Shown here: piece after piece, positions 36,214-46,668 of the stretch
Position numbering within the stretch: the stretch's first letter is position 1
Layout: the number at the start of each line of letters is the position of its first letter
Assembly (NCBI GenBank): GCA_041738655.1
Contig: JBGSPJ010000169.1
Span: 1 to 55,869 of the forward strand
Source: Rhodothermales bacterium
GTDB taxonomy: Bacteria > Bacteroidota > Rhodothermia > Rhodothermales > JAHQVL01
Length of the DNA: 55,869 nucleotides
Direction of reading: 5' to 3'
The notes under the pieces: model-generated
Databases searched by the model: none
Seen by the model: only the letters and a program-made list of their open reading frames with translations
Told to the model about the DNA's origin: nothing
Program-made: the position numbers and the translations under genes

Positions 36214-37809
36214 TTATCGAGCCCGCAACACCATCGTTTTTTCCTCTCCGGCGACGACTTCGAAGACGATCGACTCGTAGATCCCGGCTGGCCATCCTAC
36301 CGCATTGTACTGGCCTGGTATCAACGGTATCGAAAGGCCCGATTGAATCGCACGCCCCCGCTCGGTCGCCCCACGTCCCAGGAACACCCTTTTGTCCTCT
36401 TCTCGACTTCCATCGGCTTGCTGGTAGAGAAACGTCACCCGGCCAACAGGAACTTCGATCAGTACGTCTCCTCCTCGATCGATTCGAACCGCCGGACTCA
36501 GAACCGGAATCAACTCATTTTCCAAGTGTACATCGTAAACACCGGGTACGACATCCGCGCCATTGTTCATATGGACCTGGTATTTCTGTTCTCCCCCCTG
36601 CCAGAGGGTGTAATTGCCCCGCAAACGCTCGTCGGAGCCGGAGGCCACCATCCGAATAACGGCTCGCACCGTAGGGACAAGATCGAATAGAAGCTCCTTT
36701 TTATCGCCGGCGACAAACGATGCCTCGCGCTCGATCACATTATCCTGATTCGGTTGCGCACGGAAGGTATAGCTGCCCTCGTCGACGAACACCTCATCCA
36801 TCCAACGGAATCGAAATACTTCCCGATTGTTCTGAAGCGCAGTGATTGTACTACCCGCTACCGTTTCCCCCTCACTCGAGAACCGAGCGCGCACCGATGG
36901 AGGCTGCGCCACCTGGACGATCAGTTCTTCGTCTGCCTGTCCGGCAAGTGTAGCCTGCACCGTCACGGGTTTGTACAGCGTGCCATTTTGTGTCTTCACG
37001 CCAGCGACGAGCACATACGTCCCGGCCGGCGCCTGATTTCGACGATTGCTGCTCACCGGTACCGTTCCGTCCACTCCCTGGAGTTCGCCTTCGATCGCAA
37101 TCGGCTCACCGTTGGGGGTGACTCCCTTGAGCCAGAACGCCGCGTCACGCGGTTGTTCGCCCGGACCCGGTTGTGCTTCCAGGGATTCTCGAATGGACTC
37201 CAGACCAAGCGTGAGATCCATTCCGGAGGCTGCTTCGTGGTATGGAGTGCCGGCGGCATCGGCGATACATTGCAATGCCGCCGACTCATGATCTTCCACT
37301 CCAAAACCAACAACATGCACTTGAACGTCTATCCCGCGTGACTTCCAATCCCGTACCAGCGCGCACGGATCGGCATCACACGTCTCCACGCCATCGGTGA
37401 TCAGGATGATGTCTCCCTCGTTTTCACCGAAATCGGCCAGCGCCTCGGTGAGGCTGTAGGCGATGGGGGTCATGCCCAACGGATTTACATCCGCCATGAA
37501 CGTCCGTATACGAGCAGCGGCAACGGCCGGATCGGCAGCATCCGCAATGAGCTCCGAATCGCGACAATCCCCTTTTCTTCGGTGACCATACGCCCGAAAC
37601 GAAAGGACCGCATTCCCAAAGTCGCGCTCCAGAAAGTCGGTAAGAACGTCCCGCGCCACCTGGATCTTGTACGATCGATCGGGCAGTTGCCCCCACATTG
37701 ACCCGGATGCGTCGAACACGACATACACTTCACGCGCCCCCGATTGCGCGAGACTCATCGGTACGCAAACGCATGCGAGGAAGAGCGCTATTCCGAAACA
37801 TCTGATCAT
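36214..37809 (-). CDS. Secreted von Willebrand factor type A (vWA) domain protein
   Basis: Signal peptide. MIDAS motif VYVVFDASGSMWG, plus MTPIAYSL and IILITDGVETC. Long beta-rich C-terminal region. Confidence 0.8.
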   Translation of the reverse strand: MIRCFGIALFLACVCVPMSLAQSGAREVYVVFDASGSMWGQLPDRSYKIQVARDVLTDFLERDFGNAVLSFRAYGHRRKGDCRDSELIADAADPAVAAARIRTFMADVNPLGMTPIAYSLTEALADFGENEGDIILITDGVETCDADPCALVRDWKSRGIDVQVHVVGFGVEDHESAALQCIADAAGTPYHEAASGMDLTLGLESIRESLEAQPGPGEQPRDAAFWLKGVTPNGEPIAIEGELQGVDGTVPVSSNRRNQAPAGTYVLVAGVKTQNGTLYKPVTVQATLAGQADEELIVQVAQPPSVRARFSSEGETVAGSTITALQNNREVFRFRWMDEVFVDEGSYTFRAQPNQDNVIEREASFVAGDKKELLFDLVPTVRAVIRMVASGSDERLRGNYTLWQGGEQKYQVHMNNGADVVPGVYDVHLENELIPVLSPAVRIDRGGDVLIEVPVGRVTFLYQQADGSREEDKRVFLGRGATERGRAIQSGLSIPLIPGQYNAVGWPAGIYESIVFEVVAGEEKTMVLRAR

Positions 37810-37816
37810 ATGTTTC

Positions 37817-39541
37817 TCAGTGAGTCACGATCATCCGCTGGTCCGTTGCCTGACCGTCCACCTCGAGCCGATACAGGTAGGCGCCGGCGGACAAATTCCC
37901 GGGGTTGAACGAGATCTGGTGCGATCCGCCGGGGTATTCTCCTTCGACCATTCGCGCGACATGCCTGCCCAGTATATCGAATACATTAACCTTGACAGAA
38001 GCCGGCCGCGGCAGGGTGAAAGGAATCCAGGTGATGCTCGTAGCTGGGTTGGGGTAGTTCTGGCCTAGCTGAAATGTGGCTTCGCGATCCGGCTCGGGTA
38101 CGACGGAAACCGATCGTGCAATCTCATTTTCTCTCCCAAGAGCCCACAGGATGGCATTTTCCAGTAGGATATCGGCTACCTCGGTAACGACATTCCCCAC
38201 ATCGTCTCCGAGGAAAAAGCCTACGCGCCGCGCCGGCGCGGGCCCATCGTCCACAAGTGGTGCGTTCGCCTCGTACGTAAACACGGTAGCGCGCGAGGGA
38301 TCGAGTATGGAAGCGGCCACTACCGCAGCGGCCGACCCGGGCACACCGAATGCCATGGGCGCCAGCGCGTCGTAGACGTCAAATTCACCAGACGATCCAT
38401 TTGAGATCGGATGTGAATCCGCTCCGAGCATGAGGCGAGTTGCATCAGGTGTGACTCCGAAGTCAGATCCCGACTCGCCACCAGTCATACGTAAGAGAGA
38501 GAAAAACGCAGGGTCCCACGTCAACAGCGGTACTTCAACCGGAGACCAATCGCCTGAAAGCACTTGCGTGTCAATGGATGCCGAGACAACGATCAGCTCT
38601 CGTCCCGTCGCATCAGCTATCGAGACGGCCTCATCACTCATGATTGTCACGTCCAGAGCGAGGCCGGTCATTGCCTCCTGAACGAAGGCATCCGTCTCGG
38701 CGAGCGCGGTTGAATCATCGACCACGAACAGGACGCCGCCGTTCATACCCGTCTCACCCGGATCCGTCGTTTCAACGGTATAACTCACCGAGCCCCACTG
38801 CTGAAACACGAGGTCATACCCCATATGGGCGGTGACGCCCTCTTTTGTCACAAACTCGATTTCTTCTTCGGTGAATAGGAGAACGCCATTCTCGCTGGTG
38901 GCACGCGAAATCCGAAGCCTGAGCGCCGAGAAGGAGCCGGCGGGCGTCACGAGAGTCCCCCAGGCGTCAACCTCTTGTTGAACAGTGATCGTTCGCACCG
39001 TGGTACCGGTTGGGAGGGTGCTGGTCGTGGTGTGGGTCGACGCCCAACTACCGCCAAACTCCAGAGGAAACTCGTACACTACCTCGGCCGGCACATGTTC
39101 GATCTGTGCGAGACCCGGAGTCAGCGTTCCATGGAACCCGAACTGATTGGCTTCAACGCTATAAAACCCATAACTATCACCGGGTAATCCCGGGTTCAGA
39201 CTCGCCGGCACTTCGACCACGTATTCGGCCGCAGAAAAGGCAGCTACGCCGCCGCCGGGACCAGCGGAGTCGTAGTCGAGAAATGCGGTTGTTATAGGAT
39301 CCGGCGCATCGAACGTGAACGCCGTCAGATCGAACGTCTGGCTGGCGCCTGTTTGTGCGGCAAGCGTTTGTATCGCGAAATAGTCGGGGGTGAAACGCGT
39401 CGGAGAGGCCGTAAACGTTTCGGCATGGCGCGTAGACCCGATGGGCGGCTGGAAATCCGCTGACGTGAAGCTGATCTGCGCGCGTACGAGGGTTGGTGGC
39501 ACTACAAACGCGAGAAGGAGGAGCTGAAGCACTCTTTTCAT
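37817..39541 (-). CDS. T9SS C-terminal-target-domain secreted protein
   Basis: Signal peptide MKRVLQLLLLAFVVPPTLVRAQ. C-terminus FQLGQNYPNPATSITWIPFTLPRPASVKVNVFDILGRHVARMV...GAYLYRLEVDGQATDQRMIVTH is a typical Por secretion tail. Lies 7 nt upstream of the vWA gene. Confidence 0.75.
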   Translation of the reverse strand: MKRVLQLLLLAFVVPPTLVRAQISFTSADFQPPIGSTRHAETFTASPTRFTPDYFAIQTLAAQTGASQTFDLTAFTFDAPDPITTAFLDYDSAGPGGGVAAFSAAEYVVEVPASLNPGLPGDSYGFYSVEANQFGFHGTLTPGLAQIEHVPAEVVYEFPLEFGGSWASTHTTTSTLPTGTTVRTITVQQEVDAWGTLVTPAGSFSALRLRISRATSENGVLLFTEEEIEFVTKEGVTAHMGYDLVFQQWGSVSYTVETTDPGETGMNGGVLFVVDDSTALAETDAFVQEAMTGLALDVTIMSDEAVSIADATGRELIVVSASIDTQVLSGDWSPVEVPLLTWDPAFFSLLRMTGGESGSDFGVTPDATRLMLGADSHPISNGSSGEFDVYDALAPMAFGVPGSAAAVVAASILDPSRATVFTYEANAPLVDDGPAPARRVGFFLGDDVGNVVTEVADILLENAILWALGRENEIARSVSVVPEPDREATFQLGQNYPNPATSITWIPFTLPRPASVKVNVFDILGRHVARMVEGEYPGGSHQISFNPGNLSAGAYLYRLEVDGQATDQRMIVTH

Positions 39542-39712
39542 ATGGTCGCCCAGGTCTTATAATAAATATTCAATGAAAGCGAGGGGGGATCGCGTGGAAG
39601 GCCCGGCCCTCAAGGCAGACCTCGATCAGTGGGATATGTGTATTCCGTGAATCAGCCGGCTCATTATCATGGAATTTTATTCGTATTACCTTTTACAGAA
39701 TAGATCCTGGCG

Positions 39713-40282
39713 GTGCGGGCGGAGATGAGCGAAGGTGAAGTAACACGCCTCCTGGTCGCCTGGCGCGAAGGTGATACCCGTGCACTCGATACGTTGATGC
39801 CCTATGTGTATGATGAGTTACGCCGTCTCGCCCACGTACACTTGCTCAAGGAGCGGGATGGCCACACGCTGAGCACGACGGCGCTCGTACACGAGGCCTA
39901 TCTCAATCTGGCCGGGCAAGACCCTCTATATCTTGAGAATCGGAGCCATTTTTTCGCCATCGCCTGCCGCGTAATGCGGAGACTGCTGATCTGGTATGCC
40001 CGACGCCGGAAGAGTGGTAAACGGGGCGGCGGCTCGGAGCATGCCTCATTGGACACGGCGGCCGTGCTTGCCGATGACCGGGTTGAGGAACTGCTGTGGC
40101 TTGATCAAGCTCTGGGCAAGCTGGAATCGTTCGACGAACGCATGTGCCGTGTGGTGGAATGTCGTTATTTTGGAGGGCTCAGCGTGGAAGAAACCGCCGA
40201 GGTACTTGCGGTCTCTCCGGCGACGGTCAAGCGTGACTGGCAAACAGCACGAACATGGTTGCGCGTCGAACTGACCAGATGA
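39713..40282 (+). CDS. ECF sigma factor of the kinase-associated type (Sigma70_ECF / TIGR02999-like)
   Basis: EVTRLLVAWREGDTRALDTLMPYVYDELRRLAHVHL is the hallmark N-terminus of this ECF subgroup. Region 4 is LSVEETAEVLAVSPATVKRDW. The GTG at 39713 or the ATG at 39725 could be the start. Confidence 0.8.
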   Translation: MRAEMSEGEVTRLLVAWREGDTRALDTLMPYVYDELRRLAHVHLLKERDGHTLSTTALVHEAYLNLAGQDPLYLENRSHFFAIACRVMRRLLIWYARRRKSGKRGGGSEHASLDTAAVLADDRVEELLWLDQALGKLESFDERMCRVVECRYFGGLSVEETAEVLAVSPATVKRDWQTARTWLRVELTR

Positions 40283-40285
40283 CCT

Positions 40286-42964
40286 ATGACTCGCGAAACC
40301 TGGGAACGCGTTCGGATGATATTCGAGTCAGCGATTGAGCTCCCGGTGGCTCAACGAGACGGTTTTGTCCGCAAGGCGTGTGATGGCGACCCGGTGCTCT
40401 GGAATGAAGTCTCGTTGCTGCGGCTATCCGAGGAAAACGGCCGACGATTTTTCCTCGATGAGCCTATCCCATCCGCTGTTCGGGCAGAGATGATCGCGCT
40501 TTCTCCTATGGGCGCTATCGGCCCCTATCGAATCATTCACACGCTCGGGCAAGGGGGGATGGGCACCGTGTACCTCGCCGAGCGCATCGATGGGCTGGTT
40601 CAGCGACCGGTCGCGCTCAAAGTATTGCGTTATGTCTCGGCCAGCCCAGACCTTGCCCAACGATTTGACAGCGAACGACGGATCCTCGACCGGTTGAATC
40701 ACACCGGAATTGCTCGATTGATCGACGCCGGCGTCGTGTCGCCTTTGTCCGATGAGCCGCAGGCCGTGGCGTATCTGGCCATGGAATATGTGCCGGGCCT
40801 GCCCATTACGGACTACTGCATCAAGAATGACCTGTCCGTCGGGCAACGGCTCGAATTATTCCTGCAAATGTGTAAGGCCGTTCAGCACGCACATCAAAAC
40901 TTGATCGTTCATCGAGACCTGAAACCCTCCAATATCCTGGTCACCGAGACGGCATCCCCGAATTCGCCTGTGATCAAGCTGTTGGACTTCGGCATTGCCA
41001 AGCTTATCCAGCCCAACCCGGACGCGACAGAATTACAGACACGGCCAGGACAATCACGGATGACGATCGCATACGCCAGTCCAGAGCAGTTCCGTGGTGA
41101 GCCCGTGGCAACGCATTCTGATATCTATGCCCTGGGCGTGTTGCTGTACGAATTACTCACGGACAAGAGGCCTTATGTGCTGACGGGCCTGTCGCCTGGA
41201 GCCGTTGAAGCCTGTATTTGCGAACAGATCCCCCCTCTTCCCAGCCAGGTCGCCTACACGGATCGCATGAAAAGTCTTCGGGGGGACCTGGACACGATCG
41301 TGATGAAGGCCTTGCATAAGTCTCCTGCACGCCGTTACCAAACAGTTTTAGAGTTGCACGATGACATCCGTCGGCACCTTGCACTGATTCCCGTGCGTGC
41401 TCGTCCCGACAGTCGGTTGTATCGCGCCGCACGTTTTGTCCAGCGACACCGAGCCGGCGTCGTTGCCTGCGGGCTCATCCTATTTGCGGTGCTATTCGGT
41501 GCCGTGGCTACGTCCCTGCAGGCACGGAAAGCCGAGTATCGTGCGACACAGGTCCGAACACTGGCCACGACGTTGTTGACCGATCTTGATCTCGCTCTCC
41601 GCGATCTCCCAGGGGCCACCCGGGCGAGGGAGTTGGTTGCCGGCACGGCACTCCTCTACCTCGATAGCCTGGATCTGGGCAGCCAGGATACCGCATGGCA
41701 ACTCGAACGTGCGCGTGCCTACGACCTGCTCGCGCGTCACCAGGGTGACCCTCATTTTGACAACCTGGGCCGGTTGTCAGACGCGATGGCAAGTTATCAA
41801 CGCGCTTACGAAATACGCCTGGCGCTCTGGCATCAAGACTCCACCAATACCACGTACCGTCGGGCGCTCGCGAACAGCCTTGGCAACCTCGGCGTGATGT
41901 CCTCCTGGAACGGCAAAAACACGGAAGCCATTTCTCTCAGTAGGCAAGCCCTGACTGTATTGGCCCCTGTTGTGCTTGCCGACCCGTCGCCCACTGTTAC
42001 TCGCGACGAGTCTCGCCTGCGCGGCGAATTGGGCTGGTGGCTGATCTGGGAAGGAAGAACCGAAGAGGGGCTTCGCGAACTGCAGCAGGCCATGATCACG
42101 ATCGAACGACTGGCGGCGTCCAACCCCAACGATCTCGAACTCCAACTTGACCTCTGGCGAAACTACTGGTATCAGACCGATGGGCTTAAATTTTCATCCA
42201 AAGACACCGTTGCGCTGAATCTCCTCCAGCATAAAGCCATCCCCCATCTCGAACAGTTGGTTGTCACCTACCCGACCAATCCTCGAGCCCAATACGGCCT
42301 GCATACCGCTTTCTATTTCCTCGGCGAACTCTTTCTCGCACAAAACGACACCGCCTCGGCGCGCGTGGCGTTCCAGACCTCTCTTCAAACGGCTCGCAGG
42401 ATGGTCGAAGCGGATTCGTCCAACCGAAAAGCACATGAAGGACTGAGCTTTGGATTCCGCGCGTTGGGGCATCTGTATCGCGTTTCGGGAGCGTTCGAGA
42501 AGGCCATCGATGCCTACTCGAGCGACCTCGCCATACGCATTCGCCTCTATCATGACGACCCACAAAATCAGGAAGCGGCGAACGCCGTAAGTAATGCGTT
42601 CCGATTGCTCTGCCGAACCCGGTACGCCTCCAGGGATTTCGAAGGCGCTGTAGCACCGTGTAAAGAGGCCATCACGTGGTTAGCTCCGCAGGTGGACGGC
42701 ACATCCGTTCAAGGTGTCATCTGGGGAAATCTCGGTTTCAATCACGGTTGGCTGGGTATGTCACTCGCCGCACTGGCCGAGCAGACTGCGCAGCCGGCGG
42801 CGCGGCACCAGCTGCTCCTCGAAGCGTTGAACCATTTCGATCAGAGCCACGCCATCATGACCCAGTATTATCGGCAATCTGAGGGCAATGATGCCGCCTG
42901 GGAGTTTACAATGGACGAGCTCGTCTCAAGTCGAAACCGCGTGATCACTGGCTTACAGCCGTAG
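40286..42964 (+). CDS. Transmembrane Ser/Thr protein kinase with extracytoplasmic TPR-rich domain
   Basis: Hanks kinase motifs GQGGMGTVY, VALKVL, HRDLKPSNILV, DFGIAK and YASPEQ. TM segment AGVVACGLILFAVLFGAVATSL. About 480 aa of TPR-like repeats. Starts 3 nt after the sigma gene. Confidence 0.9.
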   Translation: MTRETWERVRMIFESAIELPVAQRDGFVRKACDGDPVLWNEVSLLRLSEENGRRFFLDEPIPSAVRAEMIALSPMGAIGPYRIIHTLGQGGMGTVYLAERIDGLVQRPVALKVLRYVSASPDLAQRFDSERRILDRLNHTGIARLIDAGVVSPLSDEPQAVAYLAMEYVPGLPITDYCIKNDLSVGQRLELFLQMCKAVQHAHQNLIVHRDLKPSNILVTETASPNSPVIKLLDFGIAKLIQPNPDATELQTRPGQSRMTIAYASPEQFRGEPVATHSDIYALGVLLYELLTDKRPYVLTGLSPGAVEACICEQIPPLPSQVAYTDRMKSLRGDLDTIVMKALHKSPARRYQTVLELHDDIRRHLALIPVRARPDSRLYRAARFVQRHRAGVVACGLILFAVLFGAVATSLQARKAEYRATQVRTLATTLLTDLDLALRDLPGATRARELVAGTALLYLDSLDLGSQDTAWQLERARAYDLLARHQGDPHFDNLGRLSDAMASYQRAYEIRLALWHQDSTNTTYRRALANSLGNLGVMSSWNGKNTEAISLSRQALTVLAPVVLADPSPTVTRDESRLRGELGWWLIWEGRTEEGLRELQQAMITIERLAASNPNDLELQLDLWRNYWYQTDGLKFSSKDTVALNLLQHKAIPHLEQLVVTYPTNPRAQYGLHTAFYFLGELFLAQNDTASARVAFQTSLQTARRMVEADSSNRKAHEGLSFGFRALGHLYRVSGAFEKAIDAYSSDLAIRIRLYHDDPQNQEAANAVSNAFRLLCRTRYASRDFEGAVAPCKEAITWLAPQVDGTSVQGVIWGNLGFNHGWLGMSLAALAEQTAQPAARHQLLLEALNHFDQSHAIMTQYYRQSEGNDAAWEFTMDELVSSRNRVITGLQP

Positions 42965-43003
42965 CATGATACTCGGCCATGGAGACAGGATGAAACGCCG
43001 ACG

Positions 43004-43417
43004 TTACCCGGCCAACGCGCGGGCCTCCGCCTGATCGCGCTCCCGCATTTTCCGCTCCAGCAACAACCCCATCCCAACGATTACAATGGGGTACATCAGA
43101 ATGGCCATACCGGTCTCCCTCAGGAAGCCAAAAAACGACAGCGGCGCCGGCCCCATCAGGGCGATTGCCAGATCGATCGAGAAACTGACGGTGAAGCAAA
43201 GCAGGCCAAAGATGACTCCTTCGCGTGCGAACGCTTCTTCCGTCGACCCCAGGTAAAGGAGACTAAAGAAGACACCGCATAGGGCCATACTGAGCGGCAT
43301 GACTGTGTCGAAGAGTGGATGCCCCTGCTCGCGCAGCGGGTACATGGCGGATGATGTGATGTACGGGATGAGCCAGCCCATAAAGGCGTACAACAGGGCT
43401 TTAGGAAGTGCGTGCAT
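43004..43417 (-). CDS. Small integral membrane protein, function unknown
   Basis: Start moved to the ATG at 43417 (MHALPKALLYAFMGWLIPYI). Four hydrophobic segments. Confidence 0.5.
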   Translation of the reverse strand: MHALPKALLYAFMGWLIPYITSSAMYPLREQGHPLFDTVMPLSMALCGVFFSLLYLGSTEEAFAREGVIFGLLCFTVSFSIDLAIALMGPAPLSFFGFLRETGMAILMYPIVIVGMGLLLERKMRERDQAEARALAG

Positions 43418-43643
43418 ATGGTATACCTCCAGCGCTCGTAGCGCATTTGAGAACTGATACCGATTGTGAGACGATACACTAAGTCGAGACAGAGGTGCCA
43501 TACCCAAAGAACGAAACCGGTGGATTCAACAATAACACACAGACTTGACCGTCAATCCCCGCCACGTCTGTAGGTGTTTATTCCGACTCGTTTATGCGCC
43601 TTGTAGGGTATTTCGAATCTGCCAAAGGTATCTTCTCCCCTAC

Positions 43644-44831
43644 ATGAACACCCCGATCAAGCCAATGCCGCACCTCTCATCCACGCGCATGAAGCGCGTT
43701 CAGGACCCCATCATCCCGATCGTCGCCCGTCTCATTAGAGACCATCCGGGTACAATTTCCCTGGGGCAGGGGGTCGTCCACTATGGGCCGCCGCCGTTGG
43801 CCCGCGACGCTCTTGCCGGCCTGTGGGACTCCCCCTCCAACCATCTCTACAACAGTGTACAGGGCCTACCTGCCTTACGGTCGCTGATCACGGAGAAACT
43901 GAGGGAGGAGAACCACATCGTGGTAGACGACGAGCGCCAGCTTTTTGTCACGGCCGGCGGCAACATGGCGTTTATGAATGCGCTTATGGCGATCGCCAGC
44001 GCCGGCGACGAGATTATTCTTGTTTCTCCGTACTACTTCAACCACGAGATGGCGATCACCATGCTGGATTGCCTGCCGGTGGTCGTACCGACAGACGAGC
44101 GGTATCAGTTGGATCTCGAGCGGATCGAACAGGCCATCACGCCGCGAACCCGCGCTATTGTCACCGTATCCCCGAACAACCCGACCGGGGCCGTGTACCC
44201 GGAATCGGATCTGCGTGCCGTCAATGCGCTCTGTGCGGGTAGGGACTTATACCATATCAGCGACGAGGCCTACGAGTACTTCACCTATGGCGATGCCCGT
44301 CACTATAGCCCTGGCAGCTTACAGGACGCCGGCAACCACACGATATCGCTGTTTTCACTCTCAAAAGCATACGGCTTCGCGGGCTGGCGCATCGGGTACA
44401 TGTGTGCGCCGAGCCATCTCCACATGGCCATCGCCAAGGCACAGGATACCCTCTTGATCTGCGCACCCATCGTCTGCCAGCTGGCGGCCGCTGGTGCCAT
44501 GGAGGCCGGCCGAGCCTACTGCGCGCCCTACATTTCCGAACTGTCACAACTGCGTGATACCGTGCTGGACGCCTTCACACCACTTGTCGACCGGGTAGAG
44601 ATCCCCTCGCCGGCGGGTGCGTTTTATGCGTTCCTCCGGCTGGATACCCAGCTGTCGCCGCTCACGTTGGTTGAGCGGCTGATTCGAGACCACCACGTGG
44701 CCGTAATCCCGGGTACGGCTTTCGGCGTAATGGAGGGATGCTCCATCCGGGTTGCCTTCGGGGCGCTCAAGCGCGAGACAATCCAAGAAGGCCTCGGTCG
44801 GCTCGTCGAAGGACTGCATCGGCTGTTATAG
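43644..44831 (+). CDS. Class I/II pyridoxal-phosphate-dependent aminotransferase
   Basis: Start moved from the TTG at 43545 to the ATG at 43644 (MNTPIKPM). VSPYYFNHEM, SPNNPTGAVY and SLSKAYGFAGWRIGY carry the PLP-lysine motif. Confidence 0.85.
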   Translation: MNTPIKPMPHLSSTRMKRVQDPIIPIVARLIRDHPGTISLGQGVVHYGPPPLARDALAGLWDSPSNHLYNSVQGLPALRSLITEKLREENHIVVDDERQLFVTAGGNMAFMNALMAIASAGDEIILVSPYYFNHEMAITMLDCLPVVVPTDERYQLDLERIEQAITPRTRAIVTVSPNNPTGAVYPESDLRAVNALCAGRDLYHISDEAYEYFTYGDARHYSPGSLQDAGNHTISLFSLSKAYGFAGWRIGYMCAPSHLHMAIAKAQDTLLICAPIVCQLAAAGAMEAGRAYCAPYISELSQLRDTVLDAFTPLVDRVEIPSPAGAFYAFLRLDTQLSPLTLVERLIRDHHVAVIPGTAFGVMEGCSIRVAFGALKRETIQEGLGRLVEGLHRLL

Positions 44832-44837
44832 GCTTCG

Positions 44838-45467
44838 TCATATAACGCCCAGCAACTGTAGCCCGCCCTCGAGTTGCTCGGGCGATTCGTAGTGCAACGT
44901 CCTGAAGCCGAGTTGATCCGCCACTTCAATGTTCGCGACTTTGTCGTCGATGAACAGGCAGTCCTGCGGTTTGCGTTTGATGCGTCGCAGGAGGATGTGG
45001 AATATCGCCGGATCGGGCTTGGCAACCTTTTCTTCCCCGGAAACGACCAGTTCCTCGAACCAGGAGAGAAACGAGAACCGGCGCTTCATGATAGGAAAGG
45101 TCTCGGCGGACCAGTTGGTCAGCGCGCAGAGGTAGTGATCGCCCGCATGAAGGCGCGACAGGATGCGTACGGTTTCATCGATGGAGCCGCCCACCATCTC
45201 ATCCCATTGGGCGTAGTAGGCCCGGATAAACGGATCGTAGGCGGGATATTGTTTGATGCGATCCGCGATGGCCCGCTCGAACAGGATGCCCCGGTCCATC
45301 TGCTCGTTCCATTCCGGCGAGCAAATATGCGCCAGAAAGTACTCCATTTCATCGAGATCAGACCCAAACAGCCGGCGATACAGGTATCGAGGGTTCCAGT
45401 CGATCAGCACCCCTCCGACATCGAATACGAGGGCTTTTTTGTTTCTTGAGATCGGGCGGCTTTCCAT
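44838..45467 (-). CDS. HAD-superfamily hydrolase, subfamily IA
   Basis: Start moved to the ATG at 45467. Motif I is ALVFDVGGVLIDW (DxG in DVGGV), motif II is LTNWS, and motif IV is LFIDDKVANIEVA. Confidence 0.8.
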   Translation of the reverse strand: MESRPISRNKKALVFDVGGVLIDWNPRYLYRRLFGSDLDEMEYFLAHICSPEWNEQMDRGILFERAIADRIKQYPAYDPFIRAYYAQWDEMVGGSIDETVRILSRLHAGDHYLCALTNWSAETFPIMKRRFSFLSWFEELVVSGEEKVAKPDPAIFHILLRRIKRKPQDCLFIDDKVANIEVADQLGFRTLHYESPEQLEGGLQLLGVI

Positions 45468-45558
45468 GGATTGCAGGCTGTCGGACAGAGGTCGCGGACC
45501 GTCGCCCGCTGTAACCTTGGAAGTATCGGCCGATGGCATGCAAACGTTAGATGCCGAC

Positions 45559-46545
45559 TCATCGCGCGAGGTGTATGCGAACAAACTCGGCGGCGCACGC
45601 CATCATGTCGCCAAAGTCCGGATTCTTTGCTTCCAGAACGACAGGTGCACCCGCCGGCCCATGCGGCGCCAGGACGTCTTCCTCCAGCACGAGCGAGGCA
45701 TGCCGCACCCCTCGCTCCTTCGGAATTCGGTAGTAGCAGGTGGTGGACGCACCGCCGGTATGGTGCGCGATCAGCATTTCAACTTCGCCAATGTCTGTAA
45801 CCGTATCCGCCTCCGAATGGGCCACAAACAGCGGCTGCGTGATGTCCGCGTACTTTTTCTGGTCGGGGTACCGATCCTCGATGTAACCGATGAGACGAGC
45901 AAGAGCCGCGGCCCCTTCGTAGTCGTGACGCGCATATCGGAACGGATTGATGCCGATGAGCGGCTGCTCGCGGTCCTGGCGATCGGCCATGTACTTGACC
46001 AGCGGTGTAAATCGAAGCAGGGTTTCCGCCACGTTGCCCAGCGGACCGGCCAGATCCAGCGCGGCAGAAAACAGGAAGAGGCCTCCACGAATCATTTCCG
46101 GCGCCGTGATGGCCTTGTAGACGCCCAGGGTCGCACCGGTCGAAAGGCCTCCTATCGATACCCAGGGAGCCAAACGAATGGCCAACTCGGTCGCCAGGTC
46201 CACTTCGCGCATCCATTGTTCGGGCGTAACCCCTTTCATACCATCGGGCGCTTTGAGGCCGTGCGCCGGCAAGAGGGGTAGCAGAACGTCGAATCCCATC
46301 GCGTGGAAGTGACGCCCTATAGCATCGACGTAATGCGGAGAATCGGTCAGGCCGTGGATAAGGACAACCGCATTTGTCACCACCTCCTCATGCAGATACA
46401 GACGCGGTTCGCACCCCGGACGAAGTTTTCCTTCGAGCGGTTCGTAATGACGAGCCCACAGTTCACGTATAGCGCTTTTCGGCATGCGATATCTCGGGGG
46501 ATTTCCGACTACGACTGGCGTGTTGTAGGGTGTCGCCGGCGCCAT
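45559..46545 (-). CDS. Alpha/beta hydrolase (esterase/lipase-like)
   Basis: VVLIHGLTDSP oxyanion region and GGLSTGA nucleophile elbow. The start could instead be the ATG at 46485 (MPKSAIREL). Confidence 0.7.
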   Translation of the reverse strand: MAPATPYNTPVVVGNPPRYRMPKSAIRELWARHYEPLEGKLRPGCEPRLYLHEEVVTNAVVLIHGLTDSPHYVDAIGRHFHAMGFDVLLPLLPAHGLKAPDGMKGVTPEQWMREVDLATELAIRLAPWVSIGGLSTGATLGVYKAITAPEMIRGGLFLFSAALDLAGPLGNVAETLLRFTPLVKYMADRQDREQPLIGINPFRYARHDYEGAAALARLIGYIEDRYPDQKKYADITQPLFVAHSEADTVTDIGEVEMLIAHHTGGASTTCYYRIPKERGVRHASLVLEEDVLAPHGPAGAPVVLEAKNPDFGDMMACAAEFVRIHLAR

Positions 46546-46668
46546 CCTGCAACGCGCATCCCAGGCGCGCGTTCACGGCGTCCGGGGGCGGAGGGGCGGA
46601 ACCTCCTGCCTGCCGGTTAATTTACTCCGAACACCACATACAACACACATATCAACACCCTTTTCCAC

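Noticed and set aside
45253-46281. 342-aa ORF on the plus strand
   Set aside because: It is antisense to the HAD hydrolase and alpha/beta hydrolase genes. It is Arg-rich with no motifs.
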